This document shows positions 31,410 to 41,380 of a stretch of DNA of 64,000 bases, in pieces (within the stretch, counting starts at the first letter, position 1; each line of letters opens with the position of its first letter). The notes beneath the pieces are model-generated. The model saw only the letters and a list, made by a program, of their open reading frames with translations. It was not told where the DNA came from and ran no database searches. Origin of the DNA: an uncultured Acidobacteriota bacterium (GTDB lineage: Bacteria; Acidobacteriota; Blastocatellia; RBC074). Both the position numbers and the translations under genes were made by a program. The stretch is taken from positions 1,696,001 through 1,760,000 of the forward strand of contig CAWCKY010000006.1 of the NCBI GenBank assembly GCA_963796275.1. The letters are read 5' to 3'.

Positions 31410-34400
31410 CTAGCGCTGGCCATTCAGGCTAGCCCAATCTCCCGACTGAATGAAGGCCGCCCAGTAGAACGGATGCAGCCGGTTTTTGCTCTTAAGCATC
31501 TGCAACTGCACCTGCCTCAGCCCTTCACTGCGCCCCTCGCCTCGCTGCAGCGCCCGGTAATATTCGATCATCAATTCCTTCGCGCCCTGGTCGCTCACCG
31601 GCCAGAGGCTTATCACCTGGCTCTCCGAACCGGCCAGAACCAGAGCGCGGCGCAGCCCCTGGACGCCTTCACCATTCTTGGGATCTCCCAGACCGGTATC
31701 GCAGGCCGAGAGCACCACCAGTTTGGTCCCATATAGATCCAAGCCGGCCACCTCGAGCGCGGTCAATACACCGTCATCGTCACCGTTCTTGCCCCGATTG
31801 GCTCCCGACAGTGCCAGGCCTGAACGCAGCAATGGTTCCTCGACGTGCGCCGCCAACTTGCTCGACCGCGACTCGGAGATGGGTAGGATGTCATCGGTAG
31901 ATGTCCGACCCGTCTCAGCGGAAAGGGCTTGATCTGCTAGGAAGAATCCGTGAGTCGCGATGTGAAGGATGCTCGGCGCACTGGCTCGTTTGAGCGCTGC
32001 TTCGGTGGCTTCCCGTTGGAGAAGCAGCGATGCCTCCGGGAGGACGGTTTTGATGGCCAGGGCTTCACCTCTCGTTCCAGGCAGCGGCTGGAAAACAATC
32101 TGCGCCAGACCTCTTCTCCTCGATTGGCTCGCCCGTGGGCCTCCCGAGTTCCGAGCTCCTCTGGCGGGTGCAGCCGCTACGGTGCCGAATACGGGATCGG
32201 CTATGACCAACGGAACGTTCTGGTTCGAAGGCGGTGTTCCCTGCAATCGCATGAGATCGCGGCCGCTGGTCAGATAGCTGATGGAATAGCGTTCGATCAG
32301 ATACTGGTTATTTTCGTTCACCAGCGCGGCGAAGGGGATGAGATTGAGCAAACCGTCAGGCGCAATCAGCAGGCGGTCGATCTCGTCTCGCCCCCGTGGC
32401 AACAGCGAACGCACCGGCTGCATGATTTTTTCGTCCACATCGCGTGCCAGTCGTTTGGCGTCCACGCGGTTACCGCGCAGTGCCTGGCGCCAGGCGCCTA
32501 CTACCCGATCGATCGGAGCGGCTTCGCCGAGGTCAACCCAGCGCGGTTGGCCTTGCGGCGCGAGCAGATAGGCGAGGTAGCGCGGCGGCTGTCTATTCCC
32601 GGTCTGCGGCTCTCGTGGAGTGTAGACGACAAACTCGATGAGGGCGCTTGCGGCGGGAAGCGCGGACTGAACGTCGTCGAGCGTGATCGGTTGCGTTTGC
32701 GCGCAAAAATTGGCGCTGCGGGCGCTGAGTTTAACCTCCAAATTCTCCACCTCTACTTCGAGAGGTTCGCGCAGAGCCCGATATCTCTCGGGATTAGCTT
32801 CATCCGGCTCTTTGAATTTGAGCGCTGCCAGCTGCGAGCGGGCCGCGATGAGCTTATCGAAGAGCTCACGATCCTGTTGTGTTGCGTGACGGCGGAAGGT
32901 GGCGATCGTATCGGTCATCGCGTCGAGCCCTCGCCCTTTACGCCGCAACAAGGTGGTGAAGGCGAGCTTGAGCGCCTGCGGATCATTGGGTGCAGCGAGG
33001 CTGTGAAGCCAGAGCGTGAAGTCCGTTCGTTTCGCGAAGAGAGAGATATAAGCGAGTTTCTGGCGTTCTGATCCGAGGGATAGGTTGAGCGCGAGGTTGC
33101 GTTCGTCAACGGCGTTGGCCCGCGATAGATACATAACAGCCTGGGGGATATCATTTTTCAATGCGTAAAGCGCGGCAAGGCCGTTGAGTGCAACCGCGAC
33201 ATCGGGATGATCCGGCCCCTGCGATTTCTCCCAGATGGCCAGCGCGCGCAGGTACAGCGGTTCCGATTTTTCGTATTCGCCCCTTCTGCGGTAGAGGTCG
33301 GCGAGATTGTTGAGAGAATCAGCGACAGCAGGGTGTCCCGGCCCCAGAGATTTCTCTCTCATGGTCAGCGCGCGTCTTTGGAGAGGCTCAGCCTGTGCGT
33401 AATCGCCTGTATCGCTATAAATGCTGGCAAGATTGGCAAGATACCGGGCGGTTTCAGGATGTTCCATCCCCAGCGCTTTCTCCTGGATTGCCAGTGCGCG
33501 TCGAAGATGGCGCTCTGCCTTTGTGAATTCGCCTATTTCGATGTAAAGGACACCAATGTTGTTGAGAGAACGGCCGACATCAGTGTGTTCCGGCCCCAGT
33601 GCTTTTTCCTGAATTGTCAGCGCCCGTTGATATAACGATTCAGCCTGTACGTAGTCGCCTCTTCGTTTGTAAAGGATCGCGAGATTGTTATAAATGCCGG
33701 CTGTCGTAGAGTGGTCCGGCCCGAGTATTTTCTCCCAGATGTTCAGAGAGCGACGGAAGAACATCTCAGCCTTTGCATAGTCGCCCGTACTGCTATAGAG
33801 ATTGGCCAGATTGTTGAGAGATATGGAGACATCGGAGTGTTCCGGTCCAAGCGTCTTCTCGCGGGTGCGCAGCGCGCGCTGATAGATCGGTTCGGCTCGT
33901 GCGTAATCGCCCGTCTCGTAGTAAAGGTCGGCTATGTTGGTAAGGGAAGTCCCAAGCGAATGGTGTTCCGGTCCCAGCGCTTTCTCCTGTATGGCGACCG
34001 CGCGTAAAAGGAGAGGCTCAGCTTTACCGTATTCACCCCTTATTTTATAGATGACCGCGATGTTAGTGAGAGACCTGGCTACAACTGGATGTTCGGGCCC
34101 GAACGCCTTCTCACGGATGATCAGCGCGCGTTGATATAATTGTTCTGCCCTCGTTTGCTCGTCTCGATTAATATAGATATTGGCGAGATTGCCGAGGGAG
34201 GTTGCGACATCCGGATGCTCCGGCCCCAGCACTTTCTCCCGAATGGCAAGCGAGCGCACATAGAGCGGCTCGGCCTTCGTATCGTCGCCTCGGTCTCGAT
34301 AGAGGTTGGCAAGATTGTTGAGAGAAGTGGCGATATCGGTGTGTTCCGGTCCCAGCGCTTTCTCCTGTATGTTCAGCGCACGTTGAAACAAAGGCTCGGC

Positions 34401-35315
34401 CTTCGCGTAGTCGCCCATTTCGAGGTAGAAGTTGGCAAGATTGATGAAGAAATTGGCAACATCGGTGTGCTCCGGCCCCAGCGCTTTCTCCCTGATCGCC
34501 AGCGCTCTTAGATAAATGGGCTCAGCCTTCGCGTATTCGCCTCTCTCCTTATAGATGATTGCGAGGTTGTTGAGAGTGTTTGCGACATCAGGATGTTCCG
34601 GCCCAAGCTCCTTCTCCCTGATGATCAGTGCGCGCTGACCGAGCTGCTCGCCCTTGGTGTAATCGCCGCTTATCGAATAGAGGATGGCGAGATTGTTGAG
34701 ATCGGCAGCGACGTCGGGGTGATTCGCCCCAAGCACCTGTTCGTGAATCTTCAGCATGCGTTCAACCAAATTTCGCGCTTCACCATACTTTCCTGCACGT
34801 CCCAGTTTTTGGGACTCTGAATACATCTTTCGCGCCTCATACAAAGCATTGTCTCTCTCTGTTGCGGCGCGCAACTCCACGATTCGTATTTCGTACTGTC
34901 CAGCCGTCGCATTCTTATACTTCACCAGAATATCGATGCCATAGGTTCCCGCCGCTCCCGCCACCCAGGACACGCTCTCTTCCCCTCCCGCCCTGAGATC
35001 GGAGTCGAACTCTATGTACTGCCTGCCATCAGGCTCGAGCAGCCTCACCGCAACATCGATCCCTACTTGCTTGACGACTGCCTTAACAAATTGACCGGCG
35101 CTCAGTTCTATTTGATAACTATGTTGTTGCCCACCCGCCAGCACGCTCTTGATCGGCCGATCAGGTTCGATAACATCTCTTCCGGTTCGCGCAGCACCCG
35201 ATTCCTGAGGTGATTGCCGGATCGGTTCGAGCGAAAAAGCCGCAGTCACGGGCCTTTCTACTATCAGACCGAAGAATATGAGACTAACAATGATTCGAAA
35301 TACGATTAATTCCAC
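31410..35315 (-). CDS. Exported PPC-TPR-CHAT protease (copy A, ~13 TPR units)
   Basis: Hydrophobic N-terminus, PPC-like beta domain, 42-aa GPEH repeats, catalytic ILHIATHG and VLSACDTG, C-terminal HPFYWAAF. Confidence 0.92.
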   Translation of the reverse strand: MELIVFRIIVSLIFFGLIVERPVTAAFSLEPIRQSPQESGAARTGRDVIEPDRPIKSVLAGGQQHSYQIELSAGQFVKAVVKQVGIDVAVRLLEPDGRQYIEFDSDLRAGGEESVSWVAGAAGTYGIDILVKYKNATAGQYEIRIVELRAATERDNALYEARKMYSESQKLGRAGKYGEARNLVERMLKIHEQVLGANHPDVAADLNNLAILYSISGDYTKGEQLGQRALIIREKELGPEHPDVANTLNNLAIIYKERGEYAKAEPIYLRALAIREKALGPEHTDVANFFINLANFYLEMGDYAKAEPLFQRALNIQEKALGPEHTDIATSLNNLANLYRDRGDDTKAEPLYVRSLAIREKVLGPEHPDVATSLGNLANIYINRDEQTRAEQLYQRALIIREKAFGPEHPVVARSLTNIAVIYKIRGEYGKAEPLLLRAVAIQEKALGPEHHSLGTSLTNIADLYYETGDYARAEPIYQRALRTREKTLGPEHSDVSISLNNLANLYSSTGDYAKAEMFFRRSLNIWEKILGPDHSTTAGIYNNLAILYKRRGDYVQAESLYQRALTIQEKALGPEHTDVGRSLNNIGVLYIEIGEFTKAERHLRRALAIQEKALGMEHPETARYLANLASIYSDTGDYAQAEPLQRRALTMREKSLGPGHPAVADSLNNLADLYRRRGEYEKSEPLYLRALAIWEKSQGPDHPDVAVALNGLAALYALKNDIPQAVMYLSRANAVDERNLALNLSLGSERQKLAYISLFAKRTDFTLWLHSLAAPNDPQALKLAFTTLLRRKGRGLDAMTDTIATFRRHATQQDRELFDKLIAARSQLAALKFKEPDEANPERYRALREPLEVEVENLEVKLSARSANFCAQTQPITLDDVQSALPAASALIEFVVYTPREPQTGNRQPPRYLAYLLAPQGQPRWVDLGEAAPIDRVVGAWRQALRGNRVDAKRLARDVDEKIMQPVRSLLPRGRDEIDRLLIAPDGLLNLIPFAALVNENNQYLIERYSISYLTSGRDLMRLQGTPPSNQNVPLVIADPVFGTVAAAPARGARNSGGPRASQSRRRGLAQIVFQPLPGTRGEALAIKTVLPEASLLLQREATEAALKRASAPSILHIATHGFFLADQALSAETGRTSTDDILPISESRSSKLAAHVEEPLLRSGLALSGANRGKNGDDDGVLTALEVAGLDLYGTKLVVLSACDTGLGDPKNGEGVQGLRRALVLAGSESQVISLWPVSDQGAKELMIEYYRALQRGEGRSEGLRQVQLQMLKSKNRLHPFYWAAFIQSGDWASLNGQR

Positions 35316-35342
35316 ACTATTGCCTTTTCATTTTTCCAAATA

Positions 35343-38300
35343 TTATCGCCGGCCGCCCAGGTTGGCCCATTCTCCCGACTGAATGAAAGCCGCCCAGTAG
35401 AACGGATGCAGCCGGTCTTTGTTCTTAAGCATTCGCAACTGCACCTGCCTCAGCCCTTCACTGCGCCCCTCGCCTCGCTGCAGCGCCCGGTAATAATCGA
35501 TCATCAATTCCTTCGCGCCCTGGTCGCTCACCGGCCAGAGGCTAATCACCTGACTCTCCGAACCGGCCAGAACCAGCGCGCGGCGCAGCCCCTGGACGCC
35601 CTCTCCGTTCTTGACCTCTCCCAGACCGGTATCGCAGGCCGAGAGCACCACCAGCTTGGTTCCATAAAGATCCAAGCCCGCCACCTCGAGCGCGGTCAAT
35701 ACACCGTCATCGTCACCATTCTTGCCACGATTGGCTCCCGATAGCGCCAGGCCCGAACGCAGCAATGGTTCCCCGAAATTCTCTGCCCACTTGCTCAACC
35801 GCAGGTTGGAGATCAGCAACGGGTCCAGATCGCCGGACGTCTCGGCCCTTGGGGTGGCCGTTGGGGTGGCCGTTGGGGTGGCCGTTGGGGTCTGCTGATC
35901 GCCGAGGAAAAATCCGTGGGTCGCGATGTGTAGAATGCGCGGCGCCCTCGTTCGCTTGATTGCCGCTTCGGTGGCTTGTTGCTGGAGAAGAAGCGAAGCA
36001 TCAGGCAGAATGTTTTTGATCGCCAGCGCTTCAGCCTTCGTACCCGGAAGCGGCCGGAAAAAAATCTGCCTTGTATGATCCTTCTGCTCTGTTTGATCGT
36101 CTTGACTCGGCTTCACAGCCCGCAAATCGATGCGAGAGTTTACCGTCCGCTTAGCTATTGTTTGGGTGGTAACTGTCTCCTTGCCGAAGATCGGATCGGC
36201 CACTACAAGCGGAGGGTCCTGACTCTCCGGTAAGTTTTGCAGCCGCAGCAGGTCGCGCCCGCTCGTCAGGTAGCTGATAGAGAAGCGCTCGATCAAATAC
36301 CTGTTCCGTTCATCCACCATCGCGGCAAACGGGATGAGGTTGAGCGGACCGTCCGGCGCAATCAGTAGATGGCGTATATTGCCGATTTTCGCCTGTCCCG
36401 ATTGTTTGCCCGGTTGCCCCGGTTGCCCCGGGTGCAGTGAAGATCGGACGGGCCGCATGATCTTTTCATCGACAACCCGTGCAAGTCGTTTCACATCGAC
36501 GCGGTTTCCGCGCAGAGAATGGCGCCAGGCATCTACAGCCTGATCAATCGGTGCAGCTTCGCCTAGTTCGACCCATCGAGGCTGGCCTTGCTGCGTGAGC
36601 AGATAGGCGAGGTAGCGCGCGGGCTGGCGCTCGCCGGTTCGCGGGTCTTGCGGATGGTAGACCACGAACTCGACGAGCGCGCCTCCCGCGGGAATCGCGG
36701 CCTGGACCGCAGCAAGTGTGACCGGTTGGGCTTGCGCTCGAAATCCGGCGCTCCGGACGCTGAGTTTACCTTCGAGCAGTTCGATCTGTTCCTCGAGCGG
36801 TTTGAGTTGCGTCAGTATCGTTTCATGGTTAGCTCCATCCGGCTTCTTGATTTTGAGCGCGGCCAACTGTGAGCGGGCATCGGTGAGTTTATCGAAGAGC
36901 TCCGTATCATCCGGCGTTGCATGCCGGCGAAAGGTGGCGATCGTATCTGTCATCGTTTCCAGCCCACGCGCTTTCCGGCGAAGCAGGGTAGTGAATGCCA
37001 GATTGAGCGCATGCGGATCGTTCGGTGCAGCCTGGCTCTGGACCCAGAGTGTGAAATCGGTCCGTTCAGAGAAGAGAGATAGATAAATCAGTTTCTGGCG
37101 TTCGGAACCGGCGTCGAGATTGAGCACGAAGTTGCGCTCGTCGACTGAGTTGCCGCGCGATAATATCTTAATGCCCTCGGCGGTATCCCCATTTTCAACC
37201 GAAAGTCGGGCCAGATCATAAAGAGCGGTACCGATATATGGGTGTTCCGGCCCGAGCGTTTTCTCCCAGATAGTCAGCGCGCGGCGATAGCCTGTCTCCG
37301 CTTTTGCAAATTTGCCGGTCGTTTTATAGAGACTAGCAAGGTTGAACAGAGAGTTAGCGACATCCGGATGTTCCGCGCCCAGCATCTTCTCCCTGATGGT
37401 CAGCGCGCGCCCATGTAGCTGCTCTGCCCGCGCATAGTCGCCGCGCGCCTTGTAGAGGGTTGCGAGGTTTGTGAGAGAATCGGCAACATCCGGATGTTCC
37501 AGGCCCAGCTTCTTCTCCCTGATGCTCAGCGCGCGCTCATATAACGGTTCTGCCTTCGCGTAGTCGTCTCGCGCCTTGTGCAGGATCGCGAGATTGGTGA
37601 GTGCATCAGCGACATCGGGATGCTCCAGGCCATACACTTTTTCCGTGATGGCAAGTGCGCGTTGATATAACGGTTCCGCATTCGCGTAGTCCCCTTTAAT
37701 GTAGTTGAGAGCCGCTAGATTACTGAGAGCTGTAGCAACATAGTGATGTTCCAGCCCGAGCGCTTTCTCCCATATTTTTAGTGCGCGCTGAGAGAGCGGC
37801 TCTGCCTTTGTATAGTCCCCTTTCTCTCGGTAGAAGCTGGCAAGGTTGTTAAGAGAAACTGCGACATCGGAGTGTTCCGGCCCGAGTAATTTCTCTCTGA
37901 TTGCAAGCGCACGTTGAAGGAGCGGCTCGGCTTTGGCGTAGTTGCCCTTATCACAATAGTTGTTGGCGAGATTGTTGAGACAGAGTGCGACGTAAGGGTG
38001 CACCGGCCCCAAGGCCTTCTCGGTGATAATTAGCGAGCGCTGATAGAATGGCTCAGCCAGTGCATACTCGCCCCCCTTCGAGTAGAGGGTGGCGAGATTG
38101 TAAAGTATGGCAGCAACTGTTAGGTGTTCAGGCCCGAGCGCTTTCTCCCTGATAGTCAGAGCGCGCTTGAATATCGGTTCGGCTTTGGCATAGTCCCCGT
38201 TAACCCAATGGATGGTTCCAATGTTATTGAGAGAAGTGGCGACATTTGGGTGTTCTGGCCCGAGCGCCTTCTCCCAGATGGATATTGAGCGTTGCTGGAG

Positions 38301-39140
38301 CGTTTCTGCTTTTGTGTAGTCGCCTTTTCGAAAGTAAAGTATCGCGAAACTATTGAGGGAATCGGCAACATTCGGATGTTCCGGCCCGAAAGCCTTCTCC
38401 CTGATAGCCAAAGCCCGCAAAAATGTCGATTCAGCCTTACTATATTCGCCCCTATCGCTGTAGTGGATGCCGAGATTGTTGAGAATTTCGCCGACCTCGG
38501 GATGTTCAGGACCCAGGACCTTTTCACGCAGCGCCAGTACGCGTTCACCCAATGGATGCGCTTCGTCATATTTTCCTGCGCGATTCAGCTTGTAGAACTC
38601 TAAATTCAGCTTTCGAGCTTCATGCAAAGTGCGGTCATTCTCATTAGCGACGCGCAGTTCAACTACTCGAATCTCGTATAATCCCGCAGCTCCATTCTTA
38701 TATTTCGCACTTACCTTAATCCGATAGGTGCCCGCCTCCGTCGCCACAAAAGTCATGGTCTCTGGACCATGCGTCCTGAATTCCGAGTCGATCTCGATGA
38801 TTTGCTTCTCATCGGGTCCAAATAATTGCACCATCGCATCGATCCCATCCTGCTCGACGAACACTTTCACGAACTGATCGGCGTTCAGCCTGATCCGGTA
38901 GGAATGCTCCTGCCCACCTGCCAGATCGCGCTTAATAGGCCGCCCCGGTTCGATCACCTCCTCGTCCGTGCCAACCGCTTCAGCTGATTGCGGTATCGTA
39001 CCGTGCGGGAAAACCTGCGGCGAGGTGGTAACAAGCAATAAACCGGAGAATAGAAAGCTGAACATCGCATTGGCTCCGGGGCCAACGACGACCCGCCGTT
39101 TCCGACCTAGGGCTGAGCGATCTGTACTCTGATGCGTCAT
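35343..39140 (-). CDS. Exported PPC-TPR-CHAT protease (copy B, ~11 TPR units)
   Basis: Same architecture as copy A, with the His and Cys catalytic motifs intact. Confidence 0.92.
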   Translation of the reverse strand: MTHQSTDRSALGRKRRVVVGPGANAMFSFLFSGLLLVTTSPQVFPHGTIPQSAEAVGTDEEVIEPGRPIKRDLAGGQEHSYRIRLNADQFVKVFVEQDGIDAMVQLFGPDEKQIIEIDSEFRTHGPETMTFVATEAGTYRIKVSAKYKNGAAGLYEIRVVELRVANENDRTLHEARKLNLEFYKLNRAGKYDEAHPLGERVLALREKVLGPEHPEVGEILNNLGIHYSDRGEYSKAESTFLRALAIREKAFGPEHPNVADSLNSFAILYFRKGDYTKAETLQQRSISIWEKALGPEHPNVATSLNNIGTIHWVNGDYAKAEPIFKRALTIREKALGPEHLTVAAILYNLATLYSKGGEYALAEPFYQRSLIITEKALGPVHPYVALCLNNLANNYCDKGNYAKAEPLLQRALAIREKLLGPEHSDVAVSLNNLASFYREKGDYTKAEPLSQRALKIWEKALGLEHHYVATALSNLAALNYIKGDYANAEPLYQRALAITEKVYGLEHPDVADALTNLAILHKARDDYAKAEPLYERALSIREKKLGLEHPDVADSLTNLATLYKARGDYARAEQLHGRALTIREKMLGAEHPDVANSLFNLASLYKTTGKFAKAETGYRRALTIWEKTLGPEHPYIGTALYDLARLSVENGDTAEGIKILSRGNSVDERNFVLNLDAGSERQKLIYLSLFSERTDFTLWVQSQAAPNDPHALNLAFTTLLRRKARGLETMTDTIATFRRHATPDDTELFDKLTDARSQLAALKIKKPDGANHETILTQLKPLEEQIELLEGKLSVRSAGFRAQAQPVTLAAVQAAIPAGGALVEFVVYHPQDPRTGERQPARYLAYLLTQQGQPRWVELGEAAPIDQAVDAWRHSLRGNRVDVKRLARVVDEKIMRPVRSSLHPGQPGQPGKQSGQAKIGNIRHLLIAPDGPLNLIPFAAMVDERNRYLIERFSISYLTSGRDLLRLQNLPESQDPPLVVADPIFGKETVTTQTIAKRTVNSRIDLRAVKPSQDDQTEQKDHTRQIFFRPLPGTKAEALAIKNILPDASLLLQQQATEAAIKRTRAPRILHIATHGFFLGDQQTPTATPTATPTATPRAETSGDLDPLLISNLRLSKWAENFGEPLLRSGLALSGANRGKNGDDDGVLTALEVAGLDLYGTKLVVLSACDTGLGEVKNGEGVQGLRRALVLAGSESQVISLWPVSDQGAKELMIDYYRALQRGEGRSEGLRQVQLRMLKNKDRLHPFYWAAFIQSGEWANLGGRR

Positions 39141-39164
39141 GAGTTAACCTCAACTATTTTTAAG

Positions 39165-39360
39165 CTGAAAGGGCACGAGGAAATAGCCAGGATTGAAGCG
39201 AAGCGCAGCCGCCGGCAGGTATCAGTAAATCGCCGAGCCCTGAAATAGGTTTTAGAGCGGAATATAATCCCGCCTTTCAAGGCTCGTTGAATATTGGCGA
39301 TTTCGACCAGAGGCCGCGCTTCACTCCACCCCTGGCTGTTAACTTGCGCCCCCGTTGCGG
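39165..39360. repeat. Degenerate REP-like palindromic element between CHAT genes
   Basis: gctgaaagggc, agccctgaaa and cgcctttcaaggct motifs; agccagg...cctggct pairing. Confidence 0.45.
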
Positions 39361-39416
39361 CATCAAGTTGATCTGACCAGCTTTTAAATCGCTTTATGCA
39401 TTAACGATTTCCAGAA

Positions 39417-41267
39417 CTAACGCCGGCCATCCAGATTCGCCCACTCCCCCGACTGGATGAACGCTGCCCAGTAGAACGGATGTCGCCGCTGCTTGCTCCG
39501 CAGCATTCGCAACTGCACCTGCCTGAGCCCCTCGCTGCGTCCCTCTCCTCGCTGCAGCGCCCGGTAATAATCGATCATCAATTCTTTCGCACCTTCGTCG
39601 GTCACCGGCCAGAGGCTCATCACCTGGCTCTCGGATCCGGCCAGGACCAGCGCGCGCCTCAACCCCTGCACACCCTCGCCATTCTTGATGTCTCCCACTC
39701 CCGTATCGCAGGCCGAAAGAACCACCAGCCTGGTGCCCAACAAATCCAAACCGGCCACCTCCAGCGCGGTCAACATGCCATCATCGTTTCCCTTCATGTT
39801 GCGATTGGCTCCCGACAACGCCAGGCCAGATCGCAGCAGGGGTTCTTCGATGTGCGCGGCCCGTCTGCTCAGCCGCAAATCGGACCCGAGCGTGAAATTA
39901 TCATCAGAAATGTCGTTCGTCTCTGCCGGTTGGGCTGGTTGATCGTTGAAGAAGAACCCGTGAGTGGCGATGTGTAAGATGCGCGGCGCCCGTGCTCGTT
40001 TGAGCACAGCTTCGGTAGCCTCCTGTTGCAGGAAAACCGCAGCTTCCGGGATGACTGCCTTAATCGCCAGGGCTTCGGCCTTCGTCCCCGGCAGCGGCAG
40101 GAAAACGGGCTGCTCCAATTGCCCGGGCTGCCCCATTTGCCCCGGTTGTCCTGTCCGATGGATTGCGGGCGATATTCCAGACCTCTGAGCAGCTCGCTCA
40201 GAATCGGATGTCGCCGGACCGAAGAGAGGATCGGCCACAACCAGCGGAGCGTTCTGGCTCGGCGATGAGTCTTGCAGCCGCATCAGATCGCGCCCGCTCG
40301 TCAGGTAGCTGATAGTGTAGCGCTCGATCAGGTATTGATTCTGTTCGTCTACCAGCGCGGCAAGATGTTCCGGCCCGATAGCTTTCTCTTTAATGGCTAG
40401 CGCCCGGATAGACAGCGGTTCGGCGCTGGCGTAATCGCCTTTATTGAAGGAGATGTTCGCCAATAAGTTGAGAGAGGCAGCGACATCGGTATGTTCCGGC
40501 CCCAGCGTTTTCTCCTGGATGGCCAGGGCGCGACTCGACAGCGGCTCTATCTTAGGGTAGTCGCCCTTGTAATAATAGAAGACGGCCAGATCATGCAAAG
40601 CTGAGGCGAGATCTCGATCGAGCGGACCTGAGATTCTGTTTCGCGTCTCGATCACGCGCTCAAATAACGGGAGCGCTTCAGCATACTTGCCTGCGTCACG
40701 CAATCGGCGAGCCGCTTCGTTCAGCCTATGGGCATCCTGCAGGGCTCGATCGGTTTCTGTTGCGCTGCGCAGCTCATCGATCCGAATCTCATAATTCCCC
40801 GCGGGCGCCCAATTCTGTTCGGGTCGTATGATTAATCGGTATGTGCCCGTCGCTTCTGCCACCAGCGAGACCGGCTCATGCCCGCTGAGACTGCGTTCTG
40901 AGTCGAACTCCAATATCAGTTTCCCGTTCGGCCCGAACACCTGCACCGCCACATCGACACCATCGTTGTCGATGACTGTCTTCAGAAATTGATCAGCGGC
41001 TAAATTGATCTGGTAGCTATGCTGCTGCCCCCCCGCCAGTTGGCGATTAATCGGCCGTCCCGGTTCGATGACATCATTATCTGTCTGGACGCTGCTCGCC
41101 TCTCGTGTCGATTGGCGGATCGAACTGAGTGTATATGCCTCGGGCAGGGATGTAACCAATAACAGACTGGAGGGCAGAAGTATGATCATTGCCCTTGTTA
41201 TACTGCGATAAACGACCCGCCCTCTCCGGCCGTTTAAAGCCGAGTGACGTACACTCTGATAAAACAT
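39417..41267 (-). CDS. PPC-TPR-CHAT protease with a large in-frame internal deletion (copy C, ~3 TPR units)
   Basis: The junction ...IGPEH|LAALVDEQ... fuses a TPR directly to mid-CHAT. Catalytic His and Cys are retained. Confidence 0.85.
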   Translation of the reverse strand: MFYQSVRHSALNGRRGRVVYRSITRAMIILLPSSLLLVTSLPEAYTLSSIRQSTREASSVQTDNDVIEPGRPINRQLAGGQQHSYQINLAADQFLKTVIDNDGVDVAVQVFGPNGKLILEFDSERSLSGHEPVSLVAEATGTYRLIIRPEQNWAPAGNYEIRIDELRSATETDRALQDAHRLNEAARRLRDAGKYAEALPLFERVIETRNRISGPLDRDLASALHDLAVFYYYKGDYPKIEPLSSRALAIQEKTLGPEHTDVAASLNLLANISFNKGDYASAEPLSIRALAIKEKAIGPEHLAALVDEQNQYLIERYTISYLTSGRDLMRLQDSSPSQNAPLVVADPLFGPATSDSERAAQRSGISPAIHRTGQPGQMGQPGQLEQPVFLPLPGTKAEALAIKAVIPEAAVFLQQEATEAVLKRARAPRILHIATHGFFFNDQPAQPAETNDISDDNFTLGSDLRLSRRAAHIEEPLLRSGLALSGANRNMKGNDDGMLTALEVAGLDLLGTRLVVLSACDTGVGDIKNGEGVQGLRRALVLAGSESQVMSLWPVTDEGAKELMIDYYRALQRGEGRSEGLRQVQLRMLRSKQRRHPFYWAAFIQSGEWANLDGRR

Positions 41268-41380
41268 CCGATTTCACCTCAAGTAATAACGCGAAATCAA
41301 AAGGCAAAAAGGACTATCAGTGATTGTTCATCGCCGCGTTAACGGCGTGAATTCATGATGTTGCCTTTTGATTTTTCCAC

